Shown here: piece by piece, positions 33,752-44,056 of the stretch
Numbering within the stretch: the stretch's first letter is position 1
Layout of the letters: each line of letters begins with the position of its first letter
Source of the DNA: an uncultured delta proteobacterium
GTDB lineage: Bacteria > Myxococcota > Myxococcia > Myxococcales > Myxococcaceae
Length of the DNA stretch: 64,000 nucleotides
Reading direction: 5' to 3'
Assembly (NCBI GenBank): GCA_963771175.1
Contig: CAVYSY010000026.1
Location: forward strand, 608,001 to 672,000
Made by a program: the position numbers and the translations under genes
The notes under the pieces: generated by a model
What the model was told of the DNA's origin: nothing
What the model saw: only the letters and a program-made list of their open reading frames with translations
Database searches by the model: none

Positions 33752-34627
33752 TCAGGCGAAGACGACGGTCTTGTTCCCGTGCAGCAACACCCGGTCCTCC
33801 AGGTGCCAGTCCACCGCGCGCGCGAGCACGGTGCGTTCCACTCGGCGCCCGAGGCGGACCAGATCCGCTACCGCATCCCTGTGCCCCACCCGATGGACGT
33901 CCTGGTCGATGATCGGCCCGGCGTCGAGCTCGGGCGTCACGTAGTGCGCCGTGGCGCCGATGAGCTTCACGCCCCGGGCATGCGCCTGGGCATAGGGGTT
34001 GGCCCCCACGAAGGCCGGCAGGAAGCTGTGGTGGATGTTGATGATGGGCCGGCCGAAGCCCGCGATGAAGTCCGGGCTGAGGATCTGCATGTAGCGGGCG
34101 AGGACGATGAGATCCACCTCGTGGGTCCGCATGAGCTCCAACGCGTTCGCCTCGGCCTGGGTCTTGGTGTCCGAGGTGACGGGGATGTGGTGCAGGGGGA
34201 CGCCGAAGGGCGCCACCACCTCGCGCGCGTCCGGGTGGTTGCTCACCACCAGGGGGATGTGGGCGGCCAGCTCGCCCTTCTTCCACAGCCACAGCAGCTC
34301 CTGCAGGCAGTGGTCCTGCTTGGAGACGAAGAGGGCCATGCGCTTGACGCGCGCGGCGGGGGTGAGCCGCCACTGCATCCCGAAGCGCTCGGCCACGGGC
34401 AGGAAGGCGCGCTCCAGCAGGGACAGGCGCTCCTGGAGCCCGGGAAGGTCGAACTCCAGCCGCATGAAGAAGCGCAGATCATCCGGCTCGGTGTGCTGAT
34501 CCGAGGCCACCACGTTGGCGCCCTGCTCGAAGAGGAGCTGGGAGACGGCCGCCACCACTCCGGGGCGATCCGCGCAGGTGATGAGGAGTCGAGCGCGATC
34601 CACGTTCGTCTGGGCTGAGGAATCCAT
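33752..34627 (-). CDS. purU: Formyltetrahydrofolate deformylase
   Basis: [51 protein letters not shown]. Confidence 0.96.
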   Translation of the reverse strand: MDSSAQTNVDRARLLITCADRPGVVAAVSQLLFEQGANVVASDQHTEPDDLRFFMRLEFDLPGLQERLSLLERAFLPVAERFGMQWRLTPAARVKRMALFVSKQDHCLQELLWLWKKGELAAHIPLVVSNHPDAREVVAPFGVPLHHIPVTSDTKTQAEANALELMRTHEVDLIVLARYMQILSPDFIAGFGRPIINIHHSFLPAFVGANPYAQAHARGVKLIGATAHYVTPELDAGPIIDQDVHRVGHRDAVADLVRLGRRVERTVLARAVDWHLEDRVLLHGNKTVVFA

Positions 34628-34753
34628 GATGAGCTCCGAAGATGAGACCTGGGCGGATCCTACGCCAGGGGAGCCAGAACCCGGAGGCAGGGCCTCGGGC
34701 AAAGGGGGGGGATTGCCGGACTCCAGGGGAGTCGGCTCTGATTCGGCCCGCGA

Positions 34754-35572
34754 ATGTCCCCCACCCCCACTGACCTGGCCGTCGATGCCCACGGGCTCGT
34801 GAAGCGCTTCGGCGACTTCACCGCGCTCAACGGGATGGAGCTCTCCATTCCCCGAGGCGCCTTCTATGCCTTCCTCGGCCCCAACGGGGCGGGCAAGTCC
34901 ACCACCATCGCGCTGCTCACCGGAGTGTACGCGCCGGATGCCGGGCGCATCTCGTTGCTCGGGGTGGACGCGGTGGCGAAGCCGCTGGAGGTGAAGCGCC
35001 ACATCGGCGTGGTGCCCGAGGAGCTGAGCCTCTTCGAGCGACTCTCCGGGCGGCAGTACCTCACCTTCTGTGGGCGGATGTATGGGCTGTCCGGGGACGA
35101 GGCGGCGGCGCGGGCGGCGGAGCTGCTCGAGCTCACGGAGCTGACGTACAAGGCGGGCTCGCTGGTGGCCGAGTACTCCAAGGGCATGCGGCGGCGGCTG
35201 GCCATCGCGGCGGCGCTCATCCACGCGCCGGAGCTGGTGCTGCTGGACGAGCCCTTCGAGGGCATCGACGTGCTGGCGGCCGGTGTCATCCGCGAGCTGC
35301 TGCGCGAGCTGAGCCGGCGAGGGGTGACGCTGCTGCTCACCACGCACGTGCTGGAGATCGCCGAGCGACTGGCCACGCACGCGGGCATCATCCGCGGCGG
35401 GAGGATGCTGGACCAGGGGACGGTGCAGCAGTTGATGGAGCGCTATGACGTGCCCTCGCTGGAGGCCGTCTTCGAGAAGCTCATCTCCGTGCCGGCCGCG
35501 CGCAACGCGAAGCTGTCCTTCTACGGGGACGCGCCGTCCGCCAACGTGGGAGCCGGCCGGGGGGCAGCATGA
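34754..35572 (+). CDS. ABC transporter ATP-binding protein
   Basis: [22 protein letters not shown]. Confidence 0.93.
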   Translation: MSPTPTDLAVDAHGLVKRFGDFTALNGMELSIPRGAFYAFLGPNGAGKSTTIALLTGVYAPDAGRISLLGVDAVAKPLEVKRHIGVVPEELSLFERLSGRQYLTFCGRMYGLSGDEAAARAAELLELTELTYKAGSLVAEYSKGMRRRLAIAAALIHAPELVLLDEPFEGIDVLAAGVIRELLRELSRRGVTLLLTTHVLEIAERLATHAGIIRGGRMLDQGTVQQLMERYDVPSLEAVFEKLISVPAARNAKLSFYGDAPSANVGAGRGAA

Positions 35573-37225
35573 GCCGGCCGGCCGCGCCGGGCTTCTTCCG
35601 GCACCTGTGGCTGTTGTGGGGCCTGCGGTTGAACATCGGGCTCAACCGGGGGCCGGGGAAGAGCCGGCTGTTGTCGGTGGGCGCCTTCCTCCTGTCGAGC
35701 GCGCCCGCCTGGGGCCTGGGCGTGACGTTCTACGGGTTGATGCGCCTGCGGCCCATCGCCGAGAGCGGCGTATGGCCGTTCTTCATCCTCAACCTGCTGT
35801 GCTTCGTCACCGCGGCGGTGTGGGTGACATGGCCGCTGATGAGCGCGGGCGTGGATGACCACTCGGAGCTGAGCCGCTACGCGCCCTTCCCCATCTCGCC
35901 CTTCCGGCTGCTCATCGCCTCCACGGTGGCGAGCCTCTTCGAGCCGCGCGCACTCGTCTTCTACGCACCGCTGACGGGAGCGGCGCTCGGCTATGCCTCG
36001 GTGCACCCGGTGCGGGTGCAGTGGTTCGCGGTGCTGCTGTACTGCCTCTTCGCGCTGTTGAACGCGGCCTGGAGCCGGGTGGGCCTGCACCTGGTGCTCA
36101 ACGTGCTGCGCGAGAAGCACAGCGCGGAGATCATCGGCGGCGGCTTCGTGCTGTTCCTGGTGGCCGCGTCCTTCATCCCGCCCATCGACACCTCGTGGCT
36201 CACCGCCGTGGGCGAGGGAGGCGTGGAGAAGCTGGACATGACCGTCATCGTCAACGCGACGCTGGCGCTCGGGCGGGTGCCCCCGGGCTTCTTCGGGGAC
36301 GCGCTGCTGGAGCTCACCTACGGGTACCGGCGCAATGCCCTGGCCGATGGCGTGGGGATGCTCTTCTTCACGCTGCTGGGGTTCGGGCTCGCCTATGCAC
36401 TGCTGCTGCGCTTCCACCGCAGCGTGGGCCGGGCCGGGCCGTCGGTGAAGGAGTCCGGGGACAACGACCCCTTCGCCCGGACGCGCGACCGGTACACCAC
36501 GCTGGTGGTGCGCGAGGCGCTCGACCTGTGGCGCAACCCACGCGCGCGGCTGCTGGCCTCCGTGCCCTTCGTGCTCGCCATCCTGATGAAGCTGATGTCG
36601 GGGCGGGCGCTCTTCGAATACCTGCTGGGCGCGAGCGTGGACGCGTGGCTGATGGGTGGCCTGTGCACCTATGGCGCGGTGGTGATGGCCTCCACGTTCT
36701 CGCAGAACACGTTCGCCTATGACGGGCACGGGCTGGCCATGCTCATCGCCGCCCCCGTGGAACTGGGAGACGTGCTGCGGGCGAAGAACACACGTGCAGG
36801 GCCTGGCGGCGGCTGGGATGGCGCTGCTGGTGGGAGTCTTCTACCGGGTGTACTTCGGCAAGGGCTCGCTGCTGGACTTCCTGTGCGCCATGGCGGCCGT
36901 GGCGGCCGTCATCCCCGTGCTGCTCGCGGCGGGCAACTTCCTGTCCCTGTACTTCCCGGTGAAGTTCCACGCGAGCCTCAAGCGCCGGGACAAGCTGCCG
37001 CTCACCGCGTCCATGCTCGGCATCGTCGCCGCGAGCGTGGGGTGTGCCCCGTTCGCGTGGGCCCTGCGGTTCGCCGGGAACAGCGGGCCCGAGTGGCAGA
37101 CGCTGGCGATGATTGCCTTGTGCGCCGCGGTGAATGTCGTGCTGTACCGCGCGCTGCTACCCCTGTCCCTGCGGCTGCTCGACCAACGGAGGGAGATCGT
37201 CCTACGCGCGGTGACGCGGGAGTAA
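35569..37225 (+). CDS. ABC-2-type permease (frameshift near 36790)
   Basis: Multi-TM protein overlapping the ATPase stop; NTFAYDG motif. Confidence 0.8.
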
Positions 37226-37256
37226 TCGGCCGCTGCGGTATCTTGGGGAATAGCTC

Positions 37257-37766
37257 ATGCGCATGAACTCCAGGATGCATGCACTGCTCAATGACGAGCG
37301 GGTACGCGCGCTCTCCGTCGAACGGCCACTCCCCGCGAGGATTCAGAGCATCATCGACCAAGGAGCCCACTGTCGCGATGGCATGTGGTTGCTTCGTGCG
37401 ATGGACACCGGCGAGACGAACGTCACGCCCTCCTCGTTCCCCGATGCCGTGGGTTACGAATGCTTCATCAACCACTTCCACATCAATGACCAGCTCGATG
37501 ATGGCGAAGAAAGCGCCCCTGCCGAGGAGCAGCTCGCCTACGGCCTCCGGTTCATCCTGGACATCCAGAAGCGCCTCCCAAGAGAGCCACGCTTCACCCT
37601 CATCCTGAGCTGCAATGAGGATGATTGCAGTGTGCGCGCTCACACGCACCGGGAGGGACAGCGCTGGATCGCGGACGATCTGGAGGCCTATCGAGACGAC
37701 GCGGTACTCGTCATCAACAACCTCGATCCAATGCTCGCCTCGACGCTACTCGGATTGCCGACGTAG
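37257..37766 (+). CDS. Hypothetical acidic protein, candidate orphan immunity protein
   Basis: Lower GC; DAVGYECFINHFHI and REGQRWIADDLEAY motifs. Confidence 0.6.
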   Translation: MRMNSRMHALLNDERVRALSVERPLPARIQSIIDQGAHCRDGMWLLRAMDTGETNVTPSSFPDAVGYECFINHFHINDQLDDGEESAPAEEQLAYGLRFILDIQKRLPREPRFTLILSCNEDDCSVRAHTHREGQRWIADDLEAYRDDAVLVINNLDPMLASTLLGLPT

Positions 37767-37874
37767 GCACCCAGGAGCAAGCTCCACCCCTCCGACCTCC
37801 CACAGCTCCTGCGTATCCGGATTGACGGGGGATATGACTTCTGCCGTAAGGTGGGCCTCTCTACGGGAGGAGTC

Positions 37875-38742
37875 ATGCGAACACCCACCGCCGTCCGAAC
37901 CTCCGTCATCATGCTCCTGCTGCTGTCCGGAGCCGCTCGGGCCCAGGTTCCCGCCTCCGAGCTGACGCGCACCCTCACCGTCCCGGGTCCGCCAGAGGGT
38001 GACACCCCAGCCGCGTCCATCTACGTCCGCAAGCAGATGGTGACGACGCTCCAATTCGAGCTGCCCCTCCGTGCCGTCACCCTCTCCGGGCCCGGAGCCG
38101 AACACGTCACCCTGCAACGGCTCGGCGTGGATGCCGTGGTCGTGCGCCCCGAGAAGCAACTCCCCACCTGGCAGAAGCCCACGCTGGACGGTCGTGGCGG
38201 AGGATGGCGCGAAGCACGTCTTCACGCTCGTCACGGACGCGGACGAACTGGACGTCCAGGTGCGCGTCCAGCGCGGTCAGTGCCTCACCTCGGACCCGGA
38301 GAATCTCGATGCGCTCGCTGCGGAGCTGCTGCTCCGCGAGCCCGTGCGCACCATCCGGCAGCTCTCGTTCCGGCAGGACAATAGGGTCGCCAGAGTCTGG
38401 AGGGGTCACGCTTCAGGTCTGGGGCACCCTCGCGCTCTCACGACTCGCGGTCGTGTCCTTGCGCATCGAATCGACCGACGAGCCCTTCACCTTCGACGCA
38501 TGCCCGTTTCGACAGTCCCGTCGGACGTATCAAGGTGCTCGGCACCCGTCTGGATGCCGAGGGGAACATCTCCATCGTCGTGAGGCGCCCCGAGGATCGA
38601 AGCCGACGGAATCGCCTACTCGCTCGAGGTGAGCGAACGACACGGGCCTCGGAAGCTCGTCGCGAACGTCATCCCCTGGCCCGCCCTGCCGGACTCAACG
38701 CCGCGCCAGCCACTGGGCGACGGAAGGTCATCCCGAAGCTGA
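37875..38742 (+). CDS. DUF2381-like exported protein (frameshifted)
   Basis: Signal peptide, IYV....TTLQF, DGAKHVFTLV....DVQVRV, C-terminal YSLEVSERHGPRKL. Confidence 0.65.
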
Positions 38743-39928
38743 TCCAGATGGTCGAGTTCGCGATGGGGAACTCTCCAGGCCGGAGTTCCTTCAACGCCGC
38801 TAGCGTTCCCGGCTCGTCGTTGCCGACATTCACTCCCGGGTGGGAGCCGGGGCCCCATCGGTCCAGTCCGGGCTCCTTGCCCCAAACGTCATAACCAATG
38901 GCGCAGATGGGAAGCTCACGGCCATCCGCCAACTCCAGCCGCTCGAACTGGACGGACATCCGGTGGCCGTAGCTCTTCGCCCGCCCGAAGAGCTTCGCCC
39001 CCTTCATGCGGCGCCCCAGTTCCGAGCGGGGAAAGTCCGGCCCCAGGTGCAGGCCCTCCCAGCGCGCCACCACCGGGCCCTCATTGATGAAGAGCGGCGT
39101 CTCCTGCCGACGGGTGTCGTCGAGCTCCAGTCCCACGTCGTACGGCTCACCCGTGCCCAGTCCCAGCGCCTCGATGGCTACCCGCGACTCCTTCGGGCAG
39201 TCCTCCAGCCACTCGGTGTCCACCTGACGCACCTGCACCGCCGCGCACGCGCTCGCCGACAGACCGATGCACAGCGTCAGCACCTTCATGTTCACGCTCA
39301 CCTCCGCCGTCTCCGGCGGCTTGCTGCTCCTGGGCAACACGGGCTTGCTTCCTTTCTTCACGTCTCGGGGTCCGTAGAGATCGATCTCCGGTTCCTTGAA
39401 GTACTCGCTCTTGAACTTCGGCAGGAGTTCCAGGAACAGCTTGGGATTGTCCGCGATGACCTGCGCCGTCCCCTCGTACATTTGGGACTCCGCGAAGAGT
39501 TCCAGGTAGAGGTCCAGGATGCCCGGACGGCACAACCCGCGGGGTAGCTCCTCGTCCAGCAGCTTCATCCCTCCTGGCAGGGGTCGCGCACTGTCCGTCC
39601 ACGGCCCCACGAGCGCCAGCCTCGGCCGCCAGACGATATAGCCCTCCTTCCCAAGGTCCTCGTCCCATCCCAGATCGCCCGGATCCTCGCGCCACGGTAG
39701 CGCGCCCGGGCCCTCGTCCGTGACGGGCTCCTGGGTGCCAGCCGCCAACTCCTCGCCCCAGGCGTCATCCGGAGCCCGCGCTGCTTCTCCCGGTTGTGCT
39801 CGCGGCCCGTCCAGCGGGCCCGCCTCCCGAGCCGGGCAGCCCCACTTCCACAGGCCCAAGCCCATCATGCTCGCGAACACGAGCACCCCGACCAGCAGCC
39901 GGACCCACTTCCGGTCTCGTCCATCCAT
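38669..39928 (-). CDS. Membrane-anchored protein resembling the C-terminal extension of myxobacterial Ser/Thr kinases, without a kinase domain
   Basis: N-terminal TM; ACAAVQVR...DCPKES...LGL...GAKLFGR...DGRELPIC. Confidence 0.6.
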   Translation of the reverse strand: MDGRDRKWVRLLVGVLVFASMMGLGLWKWGCPAREAGPLDGPRAQPGEAARAPDDAWGEELAAGTQEPVTDEGPGALPWREDPGDLGWDEDLGKEGYIVWRPRLALVGPWTDSARPLPGGMKLLDEELPRGLCRPGILDLYLELFAESQMYEGTAQVIADNPKLFLELLPKFKSEYFKEPEIDLYGPRDVKKGSKPVLPRSSKPPETAEVSVNMKVLTLCIGLSASACAAVQVRQVDTEWLEDCPKESRVAIEALGLGTGEPYDVGLELDDTRRQETPLFINEGPVVARWEGLHLGPDFPRSELGRRMKGAKLFGRAKSYGHRMSVQFERLELADGRELPICAIGYDVWGKEPGLDRWGPGSHPGVNVGNDEPGTLAALKELRPGEFPIANSTIWISFGMTFRRPVAGAALSPAGRARG

Positions 39929-40073
39929 CGCTCCAGGCCATCCTTCCGGGCAACCCTCCTCCAGAGGTTCCCTCGCGGAGCATAACCCACTTCGGCGGTT
40001 CCCTGTCGACACCTGCCCTCGGATGTCACCCCGCCTCAAGGCCACGCCGTCCCCTCCGTGATAGAAAACCGCC

Positions 40074-40859
40074 ATGCCCATCGCCGAGCTCAACCACCAA
40101 GGCATCTATTTCGAGGACTCGGGCGGCTCCGGTCCCACCGTCATCCTCGGTCACGGCTTCCTCATGGACGGCCGCATGTTCGACTCGCAGGTGCAGGCGC
40201 TCGCCCCCGAGTTCCGTGTCATCCGCTGGGACGCTCGTGGCTTCGGTCGCACCCGCTGGGATGGCAAGCCCTTCGACCTCTACGACTCGGCCGCCGATTG
40301 CATCGCCCTGCTCGACCACCTCGGCATCCAGCAGGCCGTCGTCGGCGGCATGTCCCAGGGCGGCTACTGCGCCCTCCGCGTCGCCCTGCGCTACCCCGAG
40401 CGCGTCCGCGCTCTCGTCCTCATGAGCACCCGAGGCACTGTCGACGAGGAGGAGATCCGCGCCGGCTACCGCCAGGTCCGCGACCTCTGGGGCACCCCGG
40501 GCGCCACCGAGCACATCATCCAGAACCTCTCGGGCGGCATCATCGGGGACCCGCGCTTCTACTCACCCTGGCTCGACCGCTGGCGGCAGATGCCCAAGGA
40601 CCACTTCGTCGCCGCCATGAACAACCTCATCGAGCGCGACGACATCCAGCACCGGCTCGGGGAGATCCGCTGCCCGGCCATCGTGTTCCATGGGACGGAT
40701 GACACCGGCATTCCTCCCTCCGAGGGCGAGCGCCTCCACAAGACGCTCCCCGGCAGCACGCGATTCGTCCCCGTGCCCGGCGCCGCGCATGCGGCCAACC
40801 TGACGCATCCCGACGTCGTCAACCCGCCGCTCGTCGAGTTCCTGCGCGCTCACGCGTAG
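40074..40859 (+). CDS. Alpha/beta hydrolase
   Basis: HGF, DARGFG, GMSQGG nucleophile elbow, HGTDD, GAAH. Confidence 0.92.
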   Translation: MPIAELNHQGIYFEDSGGSGPTVILGHGFLMDGRMFDSQVQALAPEFRVIRWDARGFGRTRWDGKPFDLYDSAADCIALLDHLGIQQAVVGGMSQGGYCALRVALRYPERVRALVLMSTRGTVDEEEIRAGYRQVRDLWGTPGATEHIIQNLSGGIIGDPRFYSPWLDRWRQMPKDHFVAAMNNLIERDDIQHRLGEIRCPAIVFHGTDDTGIPPSEGERLHKTLPGSTRFVPVPGAAHAANLTHPDVVNPPLVEFLRAHA

Positions 40860-40934
40860 CCGTAGCTGTTCTTCGTCCAGCGCCCTCAACAGCTTGATGG
40901 TCGCGGGCGGCGACCACCGGGAGTTGTCAGCCCC

Positions 40935-41108
40935 AGGCAACAGGCACCCATTCCCGCGAATGGTGCCGGTGCCGTCGTGGTGGGCGTGAAGGGGGCGCCC
41001 GCGCAGCTCGGCTGCCCCTGTACCCTCAAGCTATGGGAGGCAGGCGGGCCGCGCACCGTCACCCTCGGGAACGTCACCTTCCCGGTGAGCCAGAAGGCGG
41101 CGCCCTGA
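40935..41108 (+). pseudogene. DUF2381 3' remnant, copy 1
   Basis: APIPANGAGAVVVG...GCPCTLKLWEAGGPRTVTLGNVTFP...*. Confidence 0.7.
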
Positions 41109-41136
41109 GCACGGCCACCGCGAGCAGTGCCGAGCC

Positions 41137-41895
41137 TCAAGGGGTGGAGCGCCCGCCAATCTCCGAGAAGCGCTCGTAGGTCCGTTTAAGCGCGCCCAGG
41201 TGCGCGGGGTTGTCCAGGTCGAGCGGCGCCTCCGTGAGCTGCACGACCCACCCGCCTGTTGAGGTACGCCGCGCCCGTGAGAGCAACTCCGCGTCGCGCG
41301 AGGGGTCCGGGAAACCGATGGCTCGGGCAGCAGCGGCCGACCAGTAGTTCAGCCACCCGAGGTTATGCGGAATCTCGGGCGCGCGGATGTAGTCTGGAAA
41401 CCTGAGTGCTGGGAGCCCACGTGGCGGGACCCCTGGCTTACGTACCGGATCAATCGTTTGCCGCGAAATCTCAACGGCCGCGTTGAACGGCGTTGCTTGC
41501 CCCCAGAAAGCGCGCGCGCCTTCCCCTATGGCAGCCAGCACATCCGCTGCTGCTGCAATGCCGGCTGCGTCCAGGTGCAGCGACCCATGGACTTCCAAGT
41601 ACGGCGGGCTTCCTGCCGCAAGCCCGTTCGGGTTCTCCCACCCGGTAATCGTCACTGGGCGGGTTTTGTCATCGTTGCAAAGGAACGGAAACCCGTTGTC
41701 TGCCCTTTCTGTCGCGACCCATTCATCGCGATGAGGCAATGCAATGAACTCTTCTCTTTCAGAGAGCGTCCACTCCAGCCGTAGGCCAGGAAGCGCGCCT
41801 TCCATTCCATGGACGATAGCGAGAGGCCGCCTATCGTCGCCCACGAGCGCAGGTGCATAAACAATGATGCCGAGCTCATCAGTGAAGGCCGCCAT
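41137..41895 (-). CDS. DUF5953 family protein, probable immunity protein
   Basis: IVYAPALVGDD.RPL, LGWLNYWSAAAA..IGFPDP, GGWVVQLTEAPLDLDNPAH, EIGGR. Confidence 0.82.
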   Translation of the reverse strand: MAAFTDELGIIVYAPALVGDDRRPLAIVHGMEGALPGLRLEWTLSEREEFIALPHRDEWVATERADNGFPFLCNDDKTRPVTITGWENPNGLAAGSPPYLEVHGSLHLDAAGIAAAADVLAAIGEGARAFWGQATPFNAAVEISRQTIDPVRKPGVPPRGLPALRFPDYIRAPEIPHNLGWLNYWSAAAARAIGFPDPSRDAELLSRARRTSTGGWVVQLTEAPLDLDNPAHLGALKRTYERFSEIGGRSTP

Positions 41896-41896
41896 A

Positions 41897-42913
41897 TCAG
41901 CACCAGTCCATTACGACGACCTTAAGGGTTTTATCCAGCGCCTCAAGAGCAACCTTGTGCGCGGTGCTTTTCACGCCAACGACAAAGTTGTATCCACATG
42001 CTTCTGCCAGCCTTTTCTCGCGTTGAATTTCAGGCAGTTTCATTCGGACAAAGAACCTCTGGGAGTGAGGCGAGTGTACGTCGAAATCATCAGTCTTCAC
42101 TTCCCACAACGTGCGCGTGGCCAGTTGCAGCGCATCGAAGTTCTTCCCATTCACATACACATCCCCCCCAGGGAAGGTGTTGCCCGGCATCTTGTCGGCG
42201 CATTCGTTGTGCGGGTCATGCCCGCCAAGGTGGCGCGGCAAGGGGATGGGCTTGCATCTCGGGTCGTCTTCTTCCTGGGTGAGGGCGGTCGCGGGCTGCT
42301 TTCGCGGTGACGGCTCCCAGGCCGGTGTTTTCGCCGCACGAGGCTGGGCCTCCAGTTCCACCATGAGCTGCCGCGAGGCCTCCGACACCTCCCGCAGACG
42401 GGCCTCGTACCCCCCTTGAGCGCCCACCCACTCCGGGCGACGGTCGATCTCCGGCCCGGCGGTGCTGGAGGGATAGAGCAGGACGAGGACCGCGAGCAAC
42501 GGACCCACTCGGGGGAGCGCTTCAGCCAACGTCCCGGCGCGTCCAGCCTGGGCGAGGCCCTCGGCTCCCCTCGCCACCTCAGCGGCTTGCCCGCTCGTCC
42601 TCGCGGCGAGGGAGAAGCGCTCGAAGGCCCGTTCCGCTGCGGTGAGCTTGCGGTCCAACGCTTCCCACTGACGCGGCTCCAGGTCCTCGCGGGCCCGAGA
42701 AAGCAGCGCCCTGGCCTTGTCCAGGTCCGCCTTTCCAATCCGCGACCGTTCCGGCGTCGGCTCCATCGGCGCGGAAACGAGCCGGATGCGCGGGCCCGAA
42801 GTGGGAGGCGACGCGAAGGCGTGGGGCCGTGGCATCGGCCGCGGGGCGGGCGCGCTAGCGCAGGCGGAGAGCAGCACCAGAAGCGCGCTCCAAGTTCGCA
42901 AGCGCATCGTCAC
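41897..42913 (-). CDS. DUF6310 lipoprotein, probable PD-(D/E)xK nuclease toxin
   Basis: Lipobox LSAC; HLGG...HNECAD, VNGKNFDALQ...LWEVKTD, HKVAL, VVMDWC. Confidence 0.82.
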   Translation of the reverse strand: MTMRLRTWSALLVLLSACASAPAPRPMPRPHAFASPPTSGPRIRLVSAPMEPTPERSRIGKADLDKARALLSRAREDLEPRQWEALDRKLTAAERAFERFSLAARTSGQAAEVARGAEGLAQAGRAGTLAEALPRVGPLLAVLVLLYPSSTAGPEIDRRPEWVGAQGGYEARLREVSEASRQLMVELEAQPRAAKTPAWEPSPRKQPATALTQEEDDPRCKPIPLPRHLGGHDPHNECADKMPGNTFPGGDVYVNGKNFDALQLATRTLWEVKTDDFDVHSPHSQRFFVRMKLPEIQREKRLAEACGYNFVVGVKSTAHKVALEALDKTLKVVVMDWC

Positions 42914-42994
42914 GTCCTTTCATCAAGCGAGGGGGCAGGCTCAACTCAGGCCCTCCGTCTCACCTACTCCCGACCGTCAGCCTCAACGCAGCGC

Positions 42995-43085
42995 GATGAC
43001 CCGGCCAGTTTCCGGCCGAACGAGGTGGTCCCCTGGTCCCCGGTGATTCCGGTGGAGATGGTCCCCTTTCTGGTCGGTGGTGACA
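42995..43085 (-). mobile_element. Possible IS21-family terminal remnant
   Basis: - strand starts TGTCACCACCGACCAGAAAGGGGACCA with GGGGACCA occurring three times; abuts the truncated DUF2381. Confidence 0.35.
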
Positions 43086-43274
43086 GTGGAGCTTGCCCGG
43101 TGGCAAGAGTCACCCATTCCCGCGAATGGTGCCGGTGCCGTCGTGGTGGGCGTGAAGGGGGCGCCCGCGCAGCTCGGCTGCCCCTGTACCCTCAAGCTAT
43201 GGGAGGCAGGCGGGCCGCGCACCGTCACCCTCGGGAACGTCACCTTCCCGGTGAGCCAGAAGGCGGCGCCCTGA
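43086..43274 (+). pseudogene. DUF2381 3' remnant, copy 2
   Basis: VELARWQESPIPANG...GCPCTLKLWEAGGPRTVTLGNVTFP...*. Confidence 0.7.
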
Positions 43275-43302
43275 GCACGGCCACCGCGAGCAGTGCCGAG
43301 CC

Positions 43303-44055
43303 TCAAGGGGTGGAGCGCCCGCCAATCTCCGGGAAGCGCTCGTAGGTCCGTTTAAGCGCGTCCAGGTGCGCGGGGTTGTCCAGGTCGAGCGGCGCCTCCG
43401 TGAGCTGCACGACCCACCCGCCTGTTGAGGTACGCCGCGCCCGTGAGAGCAACTCCGCGTCGCGGGCCGGGTCCGGAAAGCCGATGGCCCGTGCGGCAGC
43501 GGCCGACCAGTAGTTCAGCCACCCCAGGCGATGCGGAATCTCAGGCGAGCGGATTTTCTCTGGGAGCTTGAGCGCTGGCAGTCCCCGTGGGGGGGAAGGC
43601 GGGCCGGCCAATGTGGGCGCCGTCTGCTCGGCAATGTCTACCGCCGCGAGGAAAGGCGTCAGATGCCCCCACCGAGCGCATGCGCCTTCCGCTACCGCCT
43701 CCAATACATCCACTGCCGCCGAGGTCGCCTCCGCATTTAGAGGCAGCCTCGCGAAGACTTCAAACTGTGGCTGATCGCAGGGGCCTCCCGGGTTTTCTAG
43801 CCCGGTGAGCGTCACGAGGTTGTCGTCATCGTCGTTGCAGAGGAATGGAAACCCACCGTCTGTCTTGTCTGCCGCGACCCACTCATCACGGTTGGGCAAT
43901 GCGATGAGGTCTTCTTTTTCAGAAGTCGTCCACTCCAGCCGCAAGCCGGGAAGCGCACGCTCCATTCCGTGAACGACGGAGAGCGGGCGCCCATCGTCGC
44001 CTACGAGCGCGGGTGCATAGACAATGAGGCGGAAGTGGTCTTGCTTGGTCGACAT
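43303..44055 (-). CDS. DUF5953 family protein, probable immunity protein
   Basis: Paralogue of 41137-41895; starts 1 bp after the toxin stop. Confidence 0.82.
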   Translation of the reverse strand: MSTKQDHFRLIVYAPALVGDDGRPLSVVHGMERALPGLRLEWTTSEKEDLIALPNRDEWVAADKTDGGFPFLCNDDDDNLVTLTGLENPGGPCDQPQFEVFARLPLNAEATSAAVDVLEAVAEGACARWGHLTPFLAAVDIAEQTAPTLAGPPSPPRGLPALKLPEKIRSPEIPHRLGWLNYWSAAAARAIGFPDPARDAELLSRARRTSTGGWVVQLTEAPLDLDNPAHLDALKRTYERFPEIGGRSTP

Positions 44056-44056
44056 T

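Larger units (their letters stand above)
40945..42953. repeat. Toxin-immunity cassette repeat, copy 1 (~2.0 kb)
   Basis: Begins CACCCATTCCCGCGAATGG, ends TCAAGCGAGGGGGCAGGCTCAACTCAGGCCC; same ends as 43111-45107. Confidence 0.9.
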
